From an uncultured Pelagibacteraceae bacterium (GTDB taxonomy: Bacteria; Pseudomonadota; Alphaproteobacteria; Pelagibacterales; Pelagibacteraceae), in contig CACHTQ010000001.1 in NCBI GenBank assembly GCA_902582845.1, positions 61,059-125,058 on the forward strand: a DNA stretch of 64,000 nt, read 5' to 3'. Positions 1 through 10,961 of the stretch are shown piece by piece. Position 1 is the stretch's first letter. The number at the start of each line of letters is the position of its first letter. A program made the position numbers and the translations under genes. The notes under the pieces are model-generated. The model saw only the letters and a list, made by a program, of their open reading frames with translations, made no database searches and was not told the origin of the DNA.

Positions 1-1242
1 ATCGATCATCAATTCAAAAACAGTTTTTGCTATCTTTCCTGAGATAGTTCCATTCTTAATTAGATTTATCAAAATAGCGAAATTCTTAGCACTCACAGGA
101 CTTTGAGAAATTTCTAAACCTTTGCTATTTAAAACAGCAAATAGTTCTCCTGTAATCCAATTGACTGCTAACTTGATATCTTTGTTTTTACCCATTTTAG
201 CTACAACCTCTTCAAAGTATTTCGCTGTATCAATATCAGACACTAAAATATTTGCTTCATAAGGAGACAATTTAAACTCCTCAATAAATCTTTTCTTTTT
301 ATCATCTGGAAGTTCTGGAATATCATTTCTAAGTTCTTCAATAAATTTTTCTGAAACCTCCAAAGGTAACAAATCCGGATCAGGAAAATATCTGTAATCA
401 TGAGCATCTTCTTTTGATCTCATTGATCTTGTCTCATTTTTTTTCGTATCAAATAGTCTAGTTTCTTGATCAATAGTTTTACCCTCTTCTATTAAATCAA
501 CTTGCCTATTAGCCTCATATTCTATGGCCATCTGCATAAACTTTATTGAATTAACATTTTTAATTTCACATCGTGTACCAAATTCTTTTGACCCTTTTGG
601 TCTGACAGAAACATTAACATCAGCTCTTAAAGAACCTTCTTGCATATTACCATCACAAGTTCCTAGATACCTCATTATAGATCGTAGTTTTTTGATATAA
701 GCATTAACCTCATCTGGTGATCTTAGATCAGGTTTGCTCACTATTTCCATTAAAGCTACCCCTGATCTATTTAAATCTACAAAGGTATTTTGTGGGTCGA
801 GATCATGAATACTTTTCCCAGCATCTTGCTCTAAATGTAATCTCTCTATACCGACTTCTTTTTGACCATTAGGCATATCCAAAATAACTTTGCCCTCACC
901 TACTATTGGATCTTTAAATTGTGAAATTTGATATCCTTGAGGTAAATCAGCATAAAAATAATTTTTTCTATCAAATACTGAACGTTTATTAATTTTTGCG
1001 TTAAGGCCAATACCAGTTTTAATAGCTTGTTTGACACAAAATTCGTTTATTACAGGCAACATTCCTGGAAATGCAGCATCAACTAAACTAACCTGTGTAT
1101 TAGGTTCTGCCCCAAATTTTGTTGCTGAGGTAGAAAATAATTTAGACTCAGATAAAACTTGAGCATGAACTTCTAAACCAATTACTACTTCATATTGATT
1201 ATCTTTTCGATTGATCAAATATTCTGAATCTTTTTTACTCAT
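1..1242 (-). CDS. gatB: Asp-tRNA(Asn)/Glu-tRNA(Gln) amidotransferase subunit B (runs off window start)
   Basis: Manual translation from ATG at 1242: [29 protein letters not shown]...[19 protein letters not shown]...HLEQDAGKS...[13 protein letters not shown]; ATGA overlap with gatA stop. Confidence 0.97.
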   Translation of the reverse strand, partial: MSKKDSEYLINRKDNQYEVVIGLEVHAQVLSESKLFSTSATKFGAEPNTQVSLVDAAFPGMLPVINEFCVKQAIKTGIGLNAKINKRSVFDRKNYFYADLPQGYQISQFKDPIVGEGKVILDMPNGQKEVGIERLHLEQDAGKSIHDLDPQNTFVDLNRSGVALMEIVSKPDLRSPDEVNAYIKKLRSIMRYLGTCDGNMQEGSLRADVNVSVRPKGSKEFGTRCEIKNVNSIKFMQMAIEYEANRQVDLIEEGKTIDQETRLFDTKKNETRSMRSKEDAHDYRYFPDPDLLPLEVSEKFIEELRNDIPELPDDKKKRFIEEFKLSPYEANILVSDIDTAKYFEEVVAKMGKNKDIKLAVNWITGELFAVLNSKGLEISQSPVSAKNFAILINLIKNGTISGKIAKTVFELMID

Positions 1243-2696
1243 TTTATCCACCAATCAGTAATTTTGTTTTTAAAGTTGATCTTTTCTTCCATGGCATAAG
1301 CTATATTCAATATATTTTGTTCATCAAAAGCTTTGCCAATAATTTGTAAACCTAAAGGATAACCTTTAGAGTCATGTCCTGCTGGTATTGAGATACCTGG
1401 AAGTCCAGCTAAGTTAACAGGAACTGTAAATATATCGTTTAGATACATTGAAACTGGATCATTTGTTTTTTCACCTATTTTAAATGCTGAGCTAGGTGTT
1501 GATGGAGTTAAAATTGCATCGACTTTTTTATAAGCCTCATCAAAATCATTTTTAATAAGTTTCCTTACCTTTTGAGCTTTAAGATAATATGCATCGTAGT
1601 AACCAGAAGATAAAACATAAGTTCCAATCATAATTCTTCTTTGAACCTCAGCTCCAAAACCCTCTGATCTAGTTTTTTCGTACATATCAATTAAATTTTC
1701 ACCTTTAGCTCTAAATCCATACTTAACACCATCATATCTTGCTAAGTTTGATGATGCCTCTGCTGGAGCAACTATATAATATGTTGGTAATGCATAACTT
1801 GTATTTGGAAGAGAAATATCAATAGTTTCAGCTCCACAATCTTTAATATATTGAATACCTTTTTGCCAAAGATCTTCAATTTCTTTTGGCATACCATCAA
1901 CTCTATATTCTTTTGGTATTCCAATTTTTTTTCCTTTTATGTTGTTAGTAAGTTCCTTACCGTAATGATTTCTTTTGAAATCTATTGAAGTAGAGTCTTT
2001 AGCATCATAGGAACTAATCACTTCATGTAATAAAGCACAATCCTTAACATTTTGTGCCATTGGTCCTGCTTGATCCAATGATGAGGCAAAAGCAACTATT
2101 CCATATCTTGAACAACTTCCGTATGTAGGTTTCAATCCAACAATTCCAGTGAAAGAAGCTGGTTGTCTAATTGATCCACCAGTATCGGTACCAATTGTAA
2201 CAGGTGTTAATTGTCCAGCTACAGCTGAGGCTGAACCACCAGATGATCCACCTGGAACTAAATTCTTATCAATGGGACTTTGAACATTGCCAAAAAAACT
2301 TGTTTCATTTGATGAACCCATTGCAAACTCATCACAGTTTAACTTGCCCAGAAGTATTGCACCTTCATTCCAAATATTTTCAGTTACTGTTGACTCATAA
2401 GTTGGTACAAAGTTATTTAAAATCTTGCTACCAGCAGTTGTTTTAATATTTTTTGTACAAAATAAATCCTTAACTGCCATTGGAATACCAGGCAGTTTTA
2501 AATTAAAATTAGGTTTTTGATCAAATTTTTTTGCTTTATCCAAAGCCGATGTAAAGTCATTTGTAATATAAGCATTCAATTTCTCGGATTTTTCAGATCT
2601 ATCAATAAATGCTTTAGTCACATCTGTTGAGCAAAGTTTTTTATTTTTAATATTTTCAACCAGTTCTGTAAGGGATTGTTTTGTAATATCTGACAT
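1239..2696 (-). CDS. gatA: Glu-tRNA(Gln) amidotransferase subunit A
   Basis: Amidase signature [32 protein letters not shown]; between gatC and gatB. Confidence 0.98.
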   Translation of the reverse strand: MSDITKQSLTELVENIKNKKLCSTDVTKAFIDRSEKSEKLNAYITNDFTSALDKAKKFDQKPNFNLKLPGIPMAVKDLFCTKNIKTTAGSKILNNFVPTYESTVTENIWNEGAILLGKLNCDEFAMGSSNETSFFGNVQSPIDKNLVPGGSSGGSASAVAGQLTPVTIGTDTGGSIRQPASFTGIVGLKPTYGSCSRYGIVAFASSLDQAGPMAQNVKDCALLHEVISSYDAKDSTSIDFKRNHYGKELTNNIKGKKIGIPKEYRVDGMPKEIEDLWQKGIQYIKDCGAETIDISLPNTSYALPTYYIVAPAEASSNLARYDGVKYGFRAKGENLIDMYEKTRSEGFGAEVQRRIMIGTYVLSSGYYDAYYLKAQKVRKLIKNDFDEAYKKVDAILTPSTPSSAFKIGEKTNDPVSMYLNDIFTVPVNLAGLPGISIPAGHDSKGYPLGLQIIGKAFDEQNILNIAYAMEEKINFKNKITDWWIK

Positions 2697-2983
2697 TATT
2701 CAATCACCTTGGGTACTACAAAATAATCTTCATTTTCCTGAGGAGAATTTTTAATAATCTGTTCTCTGATATTTTTACTTTTTACTTCATCAGATCTTAA
2801 TTTTAAGGTTGTTTCTGCAATAGAAGTTAAAGGTTCTACATTGTCAGTTTTTAATTCATTAAGTTTTTCAATAAAATCAAAAATAGAATTTAAATCACCA
2901 GCTAATTTTTTAGCTCTTTGCTCATCAACTGAAATTCTTGCCAATTTAGATATATGTTTTATTGTTTTAAGATCTATACTCAT
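2696..2983 (-). CDS. gatC: Amidotransferase subunit C
   Basis: 95 aa, HISKLARI...VEPL...YFVVPKVIE; upstream of gatA. Confidence 0.96.
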   Translation of the reverse strand: MSIDLKTIKHISKLARISVDEQRAKKLAGDLNSIFDFIEKLNELKTDNVEPLTSIAETTLKLRSDEVKSKNIREQIIKNSPQENEDYFVVPKVIE

Positions 2984-3033
2984 ATGCTATTTAAATATGA
3001 CGCAAAGTATCACTTAAGTTTAAAATATACAAT

Positions 3034-3489
3034 ATGATCACTTTAGAGGAATTTAAAAAAAAACACTCAGATAAGTGTAGATTGATAGGTTTAGACCTTG
3101 GATCTAAAAGAATTGGTGTGTCAATCTGTGATGACAAACAACTAATAGCCACTCCATTAAAAACAATAAATAGAAATTCGTTAAAAGATCTCATTGATGA
3201 ACTAAGATTAATCATTAATGAAAATGATATAAAAGGAATTATTATTGGAAATCCTTTGAATATGGACGGATCATCAGGTAGATCTGCTCAATCGGTAAAA
3301 GATACAACTGAAAATATTGAAAAAAACTTGGATATTCCTATTTGTCTCTGGGATGAGAGACTCTCAACTGTTGGTGCTTTTAATCTGTCTAGCCAGTTAG
3401 ATATTAATGTGAGTAAAAGAGAAAAAAAGATCGACGAAAACGCTGCTGCTTTTATATTACAAGGAGCTTTAGATTTTTTGAATAATTAA
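3034..3489 (+). CDS. yqgF: YqgF/RuvX pre-16S rRNA nuclease / Holliday junction resolvase-like protein
   Basis: GLDLGSKRIGVS, GNPLNMDG, WDERLST, IDENAAAFILQ motifs. Confidence 0.93.
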   Translation: MITLEEFKKKHSDKCRLIGLDLGSKRIGVSICDDKQLIATPLKTINRNSLKDLIDELRLIINENDIKGIIIGNPLNMDGSSGRSAQSVKDTTENIEKNLDIPICLWDERLSTVGAFNLSSQLDINVSKREKKIDENAAAFILQGALDFLNN

Positions 3490-3492
3490 TAC

Positions 3493-3521
3493 TTGCTATT
3501 ATAGAGGTTTATAGTTATAGA
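3493..3521 (+). promoter_or_regulatory. Putative sigma70 promoter for pyrB operon
   Basis: TTGCTA-N17-TATAGA, 10 nt upstream of pyrB ATG (3532). Confidence 0.35.
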
Positions 3522-3531
3522 GTTGGTTTTA

Positions 3532-4473
3532 ATGGCAATTAAATCGAATCAGGCTATTAAAATTTCTCAAAAACATCTATTAGGAATTCAAGATTTATCA
3601 ATAAATGATGTTAACCTAATACTTGATGAGGCAAATTCATTTATTAAAGTAAATCAAAGTAAAAATAAGAAAGTTGATGTTTTAAGAGGTAAAACTCAAA
3701 TTAATTTATTTTTTGAACCTTCCACTAGAACTCAAAGCTCTTTTGAATTAGCCGGTAAAAGACTTGGGGCTGATGTTATGTCAATGAATATTAGCAACTC
3801 TGCAATTAAAAAAGGTGAAACATTAATAGATACAGCAATGACTCTTAATGCGATGCATCCTGATATTATTGTAATTAGACATCAAGACTCTGGGGCATGT
3901 AATCTACTTTCACAAAAAGTAAACTGCTCAGTTCTTAATGCTGGTGATGGCAGAAGAGAGCACCCTACTCAAGCTTTATTAGATGCATTAACAATCATAA
4001 CTCGTAAAAAAAAGATAGAAGGATTAAAAATTGCAATCTGTGGAGATATTCTTCATTCAAGAGTTGCTAGATCAAATATTTACTTACTTAGTATGTTGGG
4101 AGCAGAAGTGAACATAATCGCTCCAACAAATCTTATGCCAAAAGAAATTGAAAAATTTGGTGTTAATACTTTTACTGATATGAAAAAAGGATTGAAAGAT
4201 TGTGATATTGTTATGATGTTGAGATTACAGAATGAGCGAATGACAAGTTCATATCTTTCATCCAATAGAGAATATTATGAATATTACGGATTAACTCCCG
4301 ACAAATTAGAACATGCTAAATCTGATGCCTTAATTATGCATCCCGGTCCAATGAACAGAGGTATAGAAATAGATACAATGCTAGCAGATGATATCAACAA
4401 AAGTGTAATTAAAGAGCAAGTTGAATTGGGTGTCGCAGTAAGGATGGCTTGTCTTAAAATATTTTGTACATAA
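3532..4473 (+). CDS. pyrB: Aspartate carbamoyltransferase catalytic subunit
   Basis: [25 protein letters not shown]; ATG at 3532 preferred over TTG at 3523. Confidence 0.97.
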   Translation: MAIKSNQAIKISQKHLLGIQDLSINDVNLILDEANSFIKVNQSKNKKVDVLRGKTQINLFFEPSTRTQSSFELAGKRLGADVMSMNISNSAIKKGETLIDTAMTLNAMHPDIIVIRHQDSGACNLLSQKVNCSVLNAGDGRREHPTQALLDALTIITRKKKIEGLKIAICGDILHSRVARSNIYLLSMLGAEVNIIAPTNLMPKEIEKFGVNTFTDMKKGLKDCDIVMMLRLQNERMTSSYLSSNREYYEYYGLTPDKLEHAKSDALIMHPGPMNRGIEIDTMLADDINKSVIKEQVELGVAVRMACLKIFCT

Positions 4474-5759
4474 TGAAAAAACAATATTTTATAAACGCTA
4501 ATATAATTGATCCTTATAACTCCATGAATGAAAATGGGGGTCTGATTATAAGTGAAGAAGGAAAAATTGAAGCTATAGGAAAAAAAGTAAATATTAATAA
4601 TTTACCCAGTAGAGAAAAACCTACTGATTTAAAAGGTAAATATATTTTTCCTGGTTTAATCGATATGCGAGTTTTTGTTGGTGAACCGGGCTATGAGTAT
4701 AAAGAAAATTTTAGAACTTTAAGTAATGCAGCACTCGCTGGAGGTGTCACTTCTGTAGTAACAATGCCTAATACAGATCCAATCATTGATAACGTTTCTA
4801 TAGTCGATTTTCTTAAAAGAAGAGGAAGAGATAAATCAAAGATAAATATTTTTCCATGCGCCTCCTTAACAAAAAATACTGAGGGTACAAACATGACTGA
4901 ATTTGGTTTGTTACAAGGTAAAGGAATAATTGCATTCACCGATGGTGTTAAAACAATTCAAAACCCAAGATTGATGTCTAGAATAATGAACTCTGCTAAA
5001 GATTTGGGTAGTTTAATAATGCAGCACGCTGAAGATTATGAGCTAGCAAAAAATGGTATGATAAACTCTGGAATAATTGCTTCAAAATTAGGTCTATCTG
5101 GTATACCTGAAATCGCTGAGCGTATTCTGATCGAGAGAGATTTAACATTATTGGAAAAGGTTAAATGCAGATATCATATCTCTCAATTATCATCACAAAA
5201 GTCTATTGAAGTGATTAAACAAAGAAAGGAAATAGTAAAATTCACATGTGGTGTTTCAGTTAATAACTTATCTTTAAATGAAAACGACATAGGAGATTTC
5301 AAAACATTTTTGAAATTATCTCCACCATTAAGAAGAGAAGAAGATAGACTAGCTTTAGTACAAGGTTTAAAGGACGATTTAATTGACGTAATAGTTTCAG
5401 ATCACAAGCCTGAAGATGAAGAGTCAAAAAGGTTAACATTTGCTCAAGCAGCAACAGGTGCATCAGGGATAGAAACTTTGCTGTCTCTAAGTTTAGAATT
5501 ATATCATAATGGATCACTCAAATTAGAGACCATAATTAAAGCACTAACATCAAACCCTGCTAAAATATTAAAAATAAATAAAGGAAATCTATCTATTGGT
5601 AATGATGCCGATCTTTGTATAGTAGACATAGATAAACCTTGGATTGTAAAAAAAGATAAGCTTATCTCAAAATCAAAAAATACATCTATAGAAGATAAAA
5701 AACTTCAAGGCAAAGTCACAAATACATTTGTAAACGGAAAAGAATTATTTAAGCTATAG
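4473..5759 (+). CDS. pyrC: Dihydroorotase-family protein, probably an inactive PyrC'-type ATCase partner
   Basis: AALAGGVTSVVTMPNTDP, KLSPPLR, SDHKP; metal-binding DxHxH replaced by DMRVF; TAATG coupling to pyrB. Confidence 0.85.
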   Translation: MKKQYFINANIIDPYNSMNENGGLIISEEGKIEAIGKKVNINNLPSREKPTDLKGKYIFPGLIDMRVFVGEPGYEYKENFRTLSNAALAGGVTSVVTMPNTDPIIDNVSIVDFLKRRGRDKSKINIFPCASLTKNTEGTNMTEFGLLQGKGIIAFTDGVKTIQNPRLMSRIMNSAKDLGSLIMQHAEDYELAKNGMINSGIIASKLGLSGIPEIAERILIERDLTLLEKVKCRYHISQLSSQKSIEVIKQRKEIVKFTCGVSVNNLSLNENDIGDFKTFLKLSPPLRREEDRLALVQGLKDDLIDVIVSDHKPEDEESKRLTFAQAATGASGIETLLSLSLELYHNGSLKLETIIKALTSNPAKILKINKGNLSIGNDADLCIVDIDKPWIVKKDKLISKSKNTSIEDKKLQGKVTNTFVNGKELFKL

Positions 5760-5760
5760 C

Positions 5761-6339
5761 ATGGACACTTTTATCATAGGTATAATTTCATATTTAATGG
5801 GTTCAATTCCATTTGGATTGATACTAACCAAAATTTTTTTGAAAAAAGATATAAGAGATATTGGATCTGGAAATATTGGGGCTACAAATGTACTTAGAGC
5901 TGGTAATAAGACTATTGGTTACATCACGCTAGCTCTTGATATTTTAAAAGCTGTTATTCCTGTAATATTTGTTAAAATTTATTACACAGATTTTTTATAT
6001 TTAGCATCATTATGCGCGTTTATAGGTCATGTATTTCCTGTATGGCTTAAATTTAAAGGAGGGAAAGGTGTTGCAACATATGTTGGTATTTTATTTGCTA
6101 TAAATATTTATTTTGGAATTATCTTTGCTTTATCTTGGTTTGTAATTTTTGCTATAACAAAATTTTCATCTTTATCTTCATTAGTTGCTTCAGTATCAGT
6201 TCCTGCTTATTTACTAGTCACAGGTCAATTTAAAGATATATTTTTTTTTATAATCATGTTTGTGCTAATATTTTTTACCCATCGAGAAAATATTAAAAGA
6301 TTGAAAAATAAAGAAGAAACTAAGACAAAAATTTATTAA
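5761..6339 (+). CDS. plsY: Glycerol-3-phosphate acyltransferase PlsY
   Basis: GSIPFG, GSGNIGATNVLR, GHVFPVWLKFKGGKGVAT, HRENIKRL. Confidence 0.96.
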   Translation: MDTFIIGIISYLMGSIPFGLILTKIFLKKDIRDIGSGNIGATNVLRAGNKTIGYITLALDILKAVIPVIFVKIYYTDFLYLASLCAFIGHVFPVWLKFKGGKGVATYVGILFAINIYFGIIFALSWFVIFAITKFSSLSSLVASVSVPAYLLVTGQFKDIFFFIIMFVLIFFTHRENIKRLKNKEETKTKIY

Positions 6340-6340
6340 T

Positions 6341-6368
6341 TTGACTATCTAACTCTTTTAGGTAGTTT
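6341..6368 (+). promoter_or_regulatory. Putative sigma70 promoter for topA
   Basis: TTGACT-N16-TAGTTT just upstream of ATG at 6376. Confidence 0.35.
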
Positions 6369-6375
6369 GTCATTT

Positions 6376-8955
6376 ATGAACTTGGTCATTGTAGAAAGTC
6401 CAGCTAAAGCTAAAACTATCAATAAATATTTAGGTGATAACTATAAAGTATTAGCTAGTTATGGGCATATTAGAGATTTACCTTCTAAAAATGGTTCTGT
6501 TGATCCTGACAAAGATTTTAAAATGGAATGGGAGATTGATAGTTTTTCTAAAAAATATCTTAAAGAAATTACAGACGCAGCCAAAGACTCTTCAAAAATA
6601 ATATTAGCTACCGATCCTGATCGTGAGGGTGAGGCAATAGCTTGGCATGTAAAAGAGTATCTAAATGAAAAAAAACTTCTCAAAGATAAAGAAATAGAAA
6701 GAGTTGTGTTTAACGAAATTACAAAAAAAGCAGTAATTCATGGTATTGAAAATCCAAGACAAATTGAACCGCTTTTAGTTGATGCTTACATGGCTCGAAG
6801 AGCCTTGGATTACTTGGTTGGCTTTAATATTTCACCAATATTATGGACAAAACTTCCAGGCTCTAAATCTGCAGGTAGAGTTCAATCAGTAGCTTTAAAA
6901 TTAATAACTGAACGAGAACATGAAATTGAATCTTTTAAGCCAGAAGAGTTTTGGACTTTAAGTGTCAAATTTAAAGATGAAAAAAATCAAAATATTCTAG
7001 CAAGTATTAGTCAACTAGATAACAATAAAGTTGAAAAGTTCTCTTTTAGAAATAAAGATGAGATTAATAATGCCATTTCAAGTATCAGTCAAAAAAAATT
7101 TAATATTACTGATATATCTAGTAAAGTGGTAAATCGTAATCCATCAGGGCCATTTACTACATCAACTCTTCAACAAACAGCTTCAAGTCGGTTAGGTTTT
7201 GGTGCATCAAGAACTATGCAAATTGCTCAAAAGCTTTACCAAGGAGTCGAAATTGAAGGAGAAACTATAGGTTTGATCACATATATGAGAACAGATGGTA
7301 CTAATTTATCCAAAGATGCTGTTGTGGCTTTTAGAGATTATATCAAAAAAGAAATCGGCAATGAATATTTACCTGAAAGTGCTTTAAATTACTCTGGCAA
7401 AAAGGCAAAAAATGCACAAGAGGCACATGAAGCGATTAGACCCACAGATGTTATTAGAACACCCCAAAGTGTAAAAAAGTATCTAAGCACAGATCAAAAT
7501 AAACTTTATGATTTAATATGGAGTAGAGCTTTATCTTCTCAAATGCAATCTGCCAAATTTGATAGAAATACTATAACGATTACATCAAATAATAATGACA
7601 CAGTATGCAAAGCAAGTGGATCAGTTCTAAAATTTGATGGATTTTTAAAGATATATAATAATCAAAGTAAAGATGATGACGAAAACATTCTACCATCTGT
7701 GTCTAAAGGACTTGTTAATATTGAGTCCTTAATAGATGAACAGCATTTTACACAACCTCCTCCAAGATATTCTGAGGCTAGCTTAGTAAAAAAACTAGAG
7801 GAATTGGGAATAGGAAGACCATCTACTTACGCAAGTATAATTTCTACAATAGCAAATAGAGGTTATGCAGAGATATTGAATAAAAGATTTTTTCCAACTG
7901 ATAGAGGAAAACTTATTTCAGCTTTTCTTGAAAAATTGTTCTCAAAATATGTGGATTATAACTTTACTGCCGGTTTAGAGGATCAATTAGACGAAATTAC
8001 AACTGGTAAAGAAAGTTGGATAAAAGTTTTAGAACTGTTTTGGAAAGACTTCAATAGTAATGTGGCTGAAGTAAAAGAAAAAAGAACAAGAGAGGTCTTA
8101 GATCTTTTAAATGATAGTTTAGGAGATTTAGTTTTCGAAAAGGATGATAAAGGAAATATTGTAAGAAAGTGTCAATTATGTAATTCGGGGACACTAAGCT
8201 TAAAAAATAGCTTTAGGGGTGGTGCGTTTATTGGTTGTTCAAATTACCCTGAATGTAAATTTACAAGACCTTTATCTAAAGCTAAAGCGGCGGCACAAGC
8301 ACAGTTAGCTGAACCAAAATTTATTGGAAAGCATGAGAACGGCAATGATATATACCTTAAAAATGGAAGATTTGGTCCATATTTACAATATGAAAAACTT
8401 CTGGAAGATACAAAGGTTGAAAAGACACAAAAGAAAAAAAAGAAAACAAAAAAACTTAAATCGGATGTAAATGAGCTTTTAAAAAATGTTTCTATACCAA
8501 AAGGTTTGGAGCTAGACAATATAGATTTAGAAAAAGCACAATTTTTATGCTCACTACCAAAATCTTTAGGAATAAACCCTGATAATCAAAAAGAAATTAC
8601 TTTAAATACTGGAAGATTTGGTCCTTACCTAAAGTGTGAAAATAAATCTGCACGAATAGAAAATATTGAAGAAATCTTCTCTATTGGGTTAAATAGAGCG
8701 ATAACATTAATTGCTGAGGCTAAACCAGGTAGAATGTCCTCTTCAATGATCAAAGATTTAGGTGAACACCCTGAGGATAAAAAACCAGTTAGAATTATGA
8801 AGGGACAATACGGACCATATATCAAGTATAAATCTCTAAATGCGACAATACCTGAAGAAAAGGATCCTACAGAGCTTACAATGGAAGAAGCATTAATATT
8901 GATTGAGAAAAGAAAAGAATACGATAAAACAAAGAAGAAAAAAAAGAAAAAATGA
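6376..8955 (+). CDS. topA: DNA topoisomerase I
   Basis: VIVESPAKAKTI, ATDPDREGEAI, SAGRVQS, ITYMRTD, one C4 zinc ribbon and C-terminal GRFGPY repeats. Confidence 0.98.
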   Translation: MNLVIVESPAKAKTINKYLGDNYKVLASYGHIRDLPSKNGSVDPDKDFKMEWEIDSFSKKYLKEITDAAKDSSKIILATDPDREGEAIAWHVKEYLNEKKLLKDKEIERVVFNEITKKAVIHGIENPRQIEPLLVDAYMARRALDYLVGFNISPILWTKLPGSKSAGRVQSVALKLITEREHEIESFKPEEFWTLSVKFKDEKNQNILASISQLDNNKVEKFSFRNKDEINNAISSISQKKFNITDISSKVVNRNPSGPFTTSTLQQTASSRLGFGASRTMQIAQKLYQGVEIEGETIGLITYMRTDGTNLSKDAVVAFRDYIKKEIGNEYLPESALNYSGKKAKNAQEAHEAIRPTDVIRTPQSVKKYLSTDQNKLYDLIWSRALSSQMQSAKFDRNTITITSNNNDTVCKASGSVLKFDGFLKIYNNQSKDDDENILPSVSKGLVNIESLIDEQHFTQPPPRYSEASLVKKLEELGIGRPSTYASIISTIANRGYAEILNKRFFPTDRGKLISAFLEKLFSKYVDYNFTAGLEDQLDEITTGKESWIKVLELFWKDFNSNVAEVKEKRTREVLDLLNDSLGDLVFEKDDKGNIVRKCQLCNSGTLSLKNSFRGGAFIGCSNYPECKFTRPLSKAKAAAQAQLAEPKFIGKHENGNDIYLKNGRFGPYLQYEKLLEDTKVEKTQKKKKKTKKLKSDVNELLKNVSIPKGLELDNIDLEKAQFLCSLPKSLGINPDNQKEITLNTGRFGPYLKCENKSARIENIEEIFSIGLNRAITLIAEAKPGRMSSSMIKDLGEHPEDKKPVRIMKGQYGPYIKYKSLNATIPEEKDPTELTMEEALILIEKRKEYDKTKKKKKKK

Positions 8956-9170
8956 AAAATGTAATTTTTATAGTGATTTTGTTTTCTTTAAATTTTAATA
9001 CTTACTCTTTTTCCAATGAAATTAATTGTAATGAATTTAAAAAACTTTCAGTAAATTATATGAAATGTAAAGCTAATTCTGTAAAAAAAAAAGCAATATC
9101 TAAAACTAAAAATTTTGTAGATGATACAAAAAGTTTTCAGAAGAAAGAATGGTCAAAAGAGAAAAATTAA
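8952..9170 (+). CDS. Small hypothetical protein with signal-peptide-like N-terminus
   Basis: 72 aa, ATGA overlap with topA stop, hydrophobic N-terminus, two Cys; fills gap before RidA gene. Confidence 0.6.
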   Translation: MKNVIFIVILFSLNFNTYSFSNEINCNEFKKLSVNYMKCKANSVKKKAISKTKNFVDDTKSFQKKEWSKEKN

Positions 9171-9197
9171 ATAATAAAATATAAAGATTTATAAAAA

Positions 9198-9659
9198 ATG
9201 AATTATCAAGAAAATTTAAATAAGTTAGGTCTAAAGTTACCTGAAGCTAAGGCACCTGTAGGAAATTATGTTGCAACTAAAATTTCAGGAAAAATGCTTT
9301 TTGTATCTGGTCAAATTTCAATTGACGAAAAAGGTGAATTAATTAAAGGAAAAGTTGGAAAAGATTTAGATGTAGAATCTGGATATAACGCTGCTAAAAG
9401 ATGCGCATTAAGTATAATTTCTCAATTAATGAAAGCTTGCGATAATGATCTCACAAAAATTAAATCTTGCATAAAACTTACTGGTTTTGTTAATTCCACT
9501 GATAATTTTAATGATCAACCTAAAATAATAAATGGTGCATCTGACTTAATTGCATCTATTTTTGGTGATTCAGGTATGCATACAAGAGCAGCTGTTAGCG
9601 TTAATAGTCTTCCATTAGGTGTTGCTGTTGAAGTAGATGCAGTATTTGAACTTAATTAA
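9198..9659 (+). CDS. RidA/YjgF/YER057c family protein
   Basis: APVGNYV, VSGQI, INGASDL, HTRAAVSVNSLPLGVAVEVD. Confidence 0.92.
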   Translation: MNYQENLNKLGLKLPEAKAPVGNYVATKISGKMLFVSGQISIDEKGELIKGKVGKDLDVESGYNAAKRCALSIISQLMKACDNDLTKIKSCIKLTGFVNSTDNFNDQPKIINGASDLIASIFGDSGMHTRAAVSVNSLPLGVAVEVDAVFELN

Positions 9660-9662
9660 AAA

Positions 9663-10961
9663 TTATCTACCAATACTAAAATATCTAAAGCCTTGTTTTC
9701 TTATTTTTGATGGAGAATAGATATTTCTCATATCATAAATGATAAATTTTTTACCTTTTACTAAATTTTTAAAGTTAATTGATTTAAAATCATTCCATTC
9801 CGTGTGGATGATTACAAGATCGGTGTTTTGAACTGAATCTTTTATATTTTCGAAATTTTGAACATTCTTTAATTTTGAAAATTCTTTTTTGTATCCAGTT
9901 GGATCAAAATATCTAATTTTAGCACCTTTTTTTGATAAAGCAGGTATCATCGAAAGACTAGAAGAGTCCCTCATATCATCAGTATTTGCTTTGAAGGTAA
10001 CACCTAAAAAAGTGATTTTTTTATTTTTTACTCTATTATTTAAAATTTTATATATTCTATTTAGTAAAAGATTTGATCTACTTTCATTTGATTTAATTAC
10101 AGACTTAATAACAGATAAATTTGTTTTAAAATTATCAGCAGTTGAAGTTATAGCTTTTGTATCTTTGGGAAAACATGATCCACCATATGCTGGGCCAGCT
10201 CTTAAAAATCGTCCACCTATTCTTTTATCTAAGCCCATTCCAATTGAAATATCCTCTACGTTTATACCTGTATTTTCACAAAGATTAGCTATTTCATTTA
10301 TAAATGTAATCTTAGTTGCCAAAAAGGCATTTGAAGCATATTTAATTAATTCTGCTGCTCTTCTTGATGTATTAATATATTGTGCCCCTTTTGAAATTAA
10401 AGGTGCGTATAAAGAGTTCATTAAACGATTAGATTTTTTATCATTTGATCCCACAACTATTCTATCTGGATAAATAAAATCTCTTATAGCCTCACCTTCT
10501 CTTAAAAACTCTGGATTTGATACAACAGAAAATTTTTTACTTGAATTTTTTTTTCTTAGAATTTTTTCAATTTGATCACCAGTAGTTACAGGCACTGTGG
10601 ATTTAGTTACAATTATTTTAAACTTGTTAATTGATAAACTAATTTCTTTTGCAGCGTTAAAAATCTGACTTAAATCTGCAGAACTACCATTTTTTTTAGT
10701 TGGTGTGCCTACACATATAAAAATTATATCAGATTCTATAATTGATTTTTTTAAATTTGTGGAAAATTTTAATCTTTTATTTCTATAATTTTTATTTACT
10801 AATTCAGTCAAACCTGGTTCATAAATTGGGATTTTCCCTTTTGAAAGTAGATCAATTTTTTTGGTATCTTTATCAACACATATTACATTGTTACCCAAAT
10901 CAGCAAAACAAACACCACTGACTAACCCAACATAACCTGTTCCTATCATACAAAGTTTCAT
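9663..10961 (-). CDS. ugd: UDP-glucose 6-dehydrogenase
   Basis: IGTGYVGL, CVGTP, KSTVPV, SNPEFLREG, GGSCFPKD. Confidence 0.94.
   Translation of the reverse strand: MKLCMIGTGYVGLVSGVCFADLGNNVICVDKDTKKIDLLSKGKIPIYEPGLTELVNKNYRNKRLKFSTNLKKSIIESDIIFICVGTPTKKNGSSADLSQIFNAAKEISLSINKFKIIVTKSTVPVTTGDQIEKILRKKNSSKKFSVVSNPEFLREGEAIRDFIYPDRIVVGSNDKKSNRLMNSLYAPLISKGAQYINTSRRAAELIKYASNAFLATKITFINEIANLCENTGINVEDISIGMGLDKRIGGRFLRAGPAYGGSCFPKDTKAITSTADNFKTNLSVIKSVIKSNESRSNLLLNRIYKILNNRVKNKKITFLGVTFKANTDDMRDSSSLSMIPALSKKGAKIRYFDPTGYKKEFSKLKNVQNFENIKDSVQNTDLVIIHTEWNDFKSINFKNLVKGKKFIIYDMRNIYSPSKIRKQGFRYFSIGR

Noticed and set aside
9889-10473. 194-aa plus-strand ORF, and similar antisense ORFs over mgtE, rpoA, rpoC, rplL, rplA, tuf and the SBP gene
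   Set aside because: Fully antisense to well-conserved genes, with no recognisable motifs; shadow ORFs
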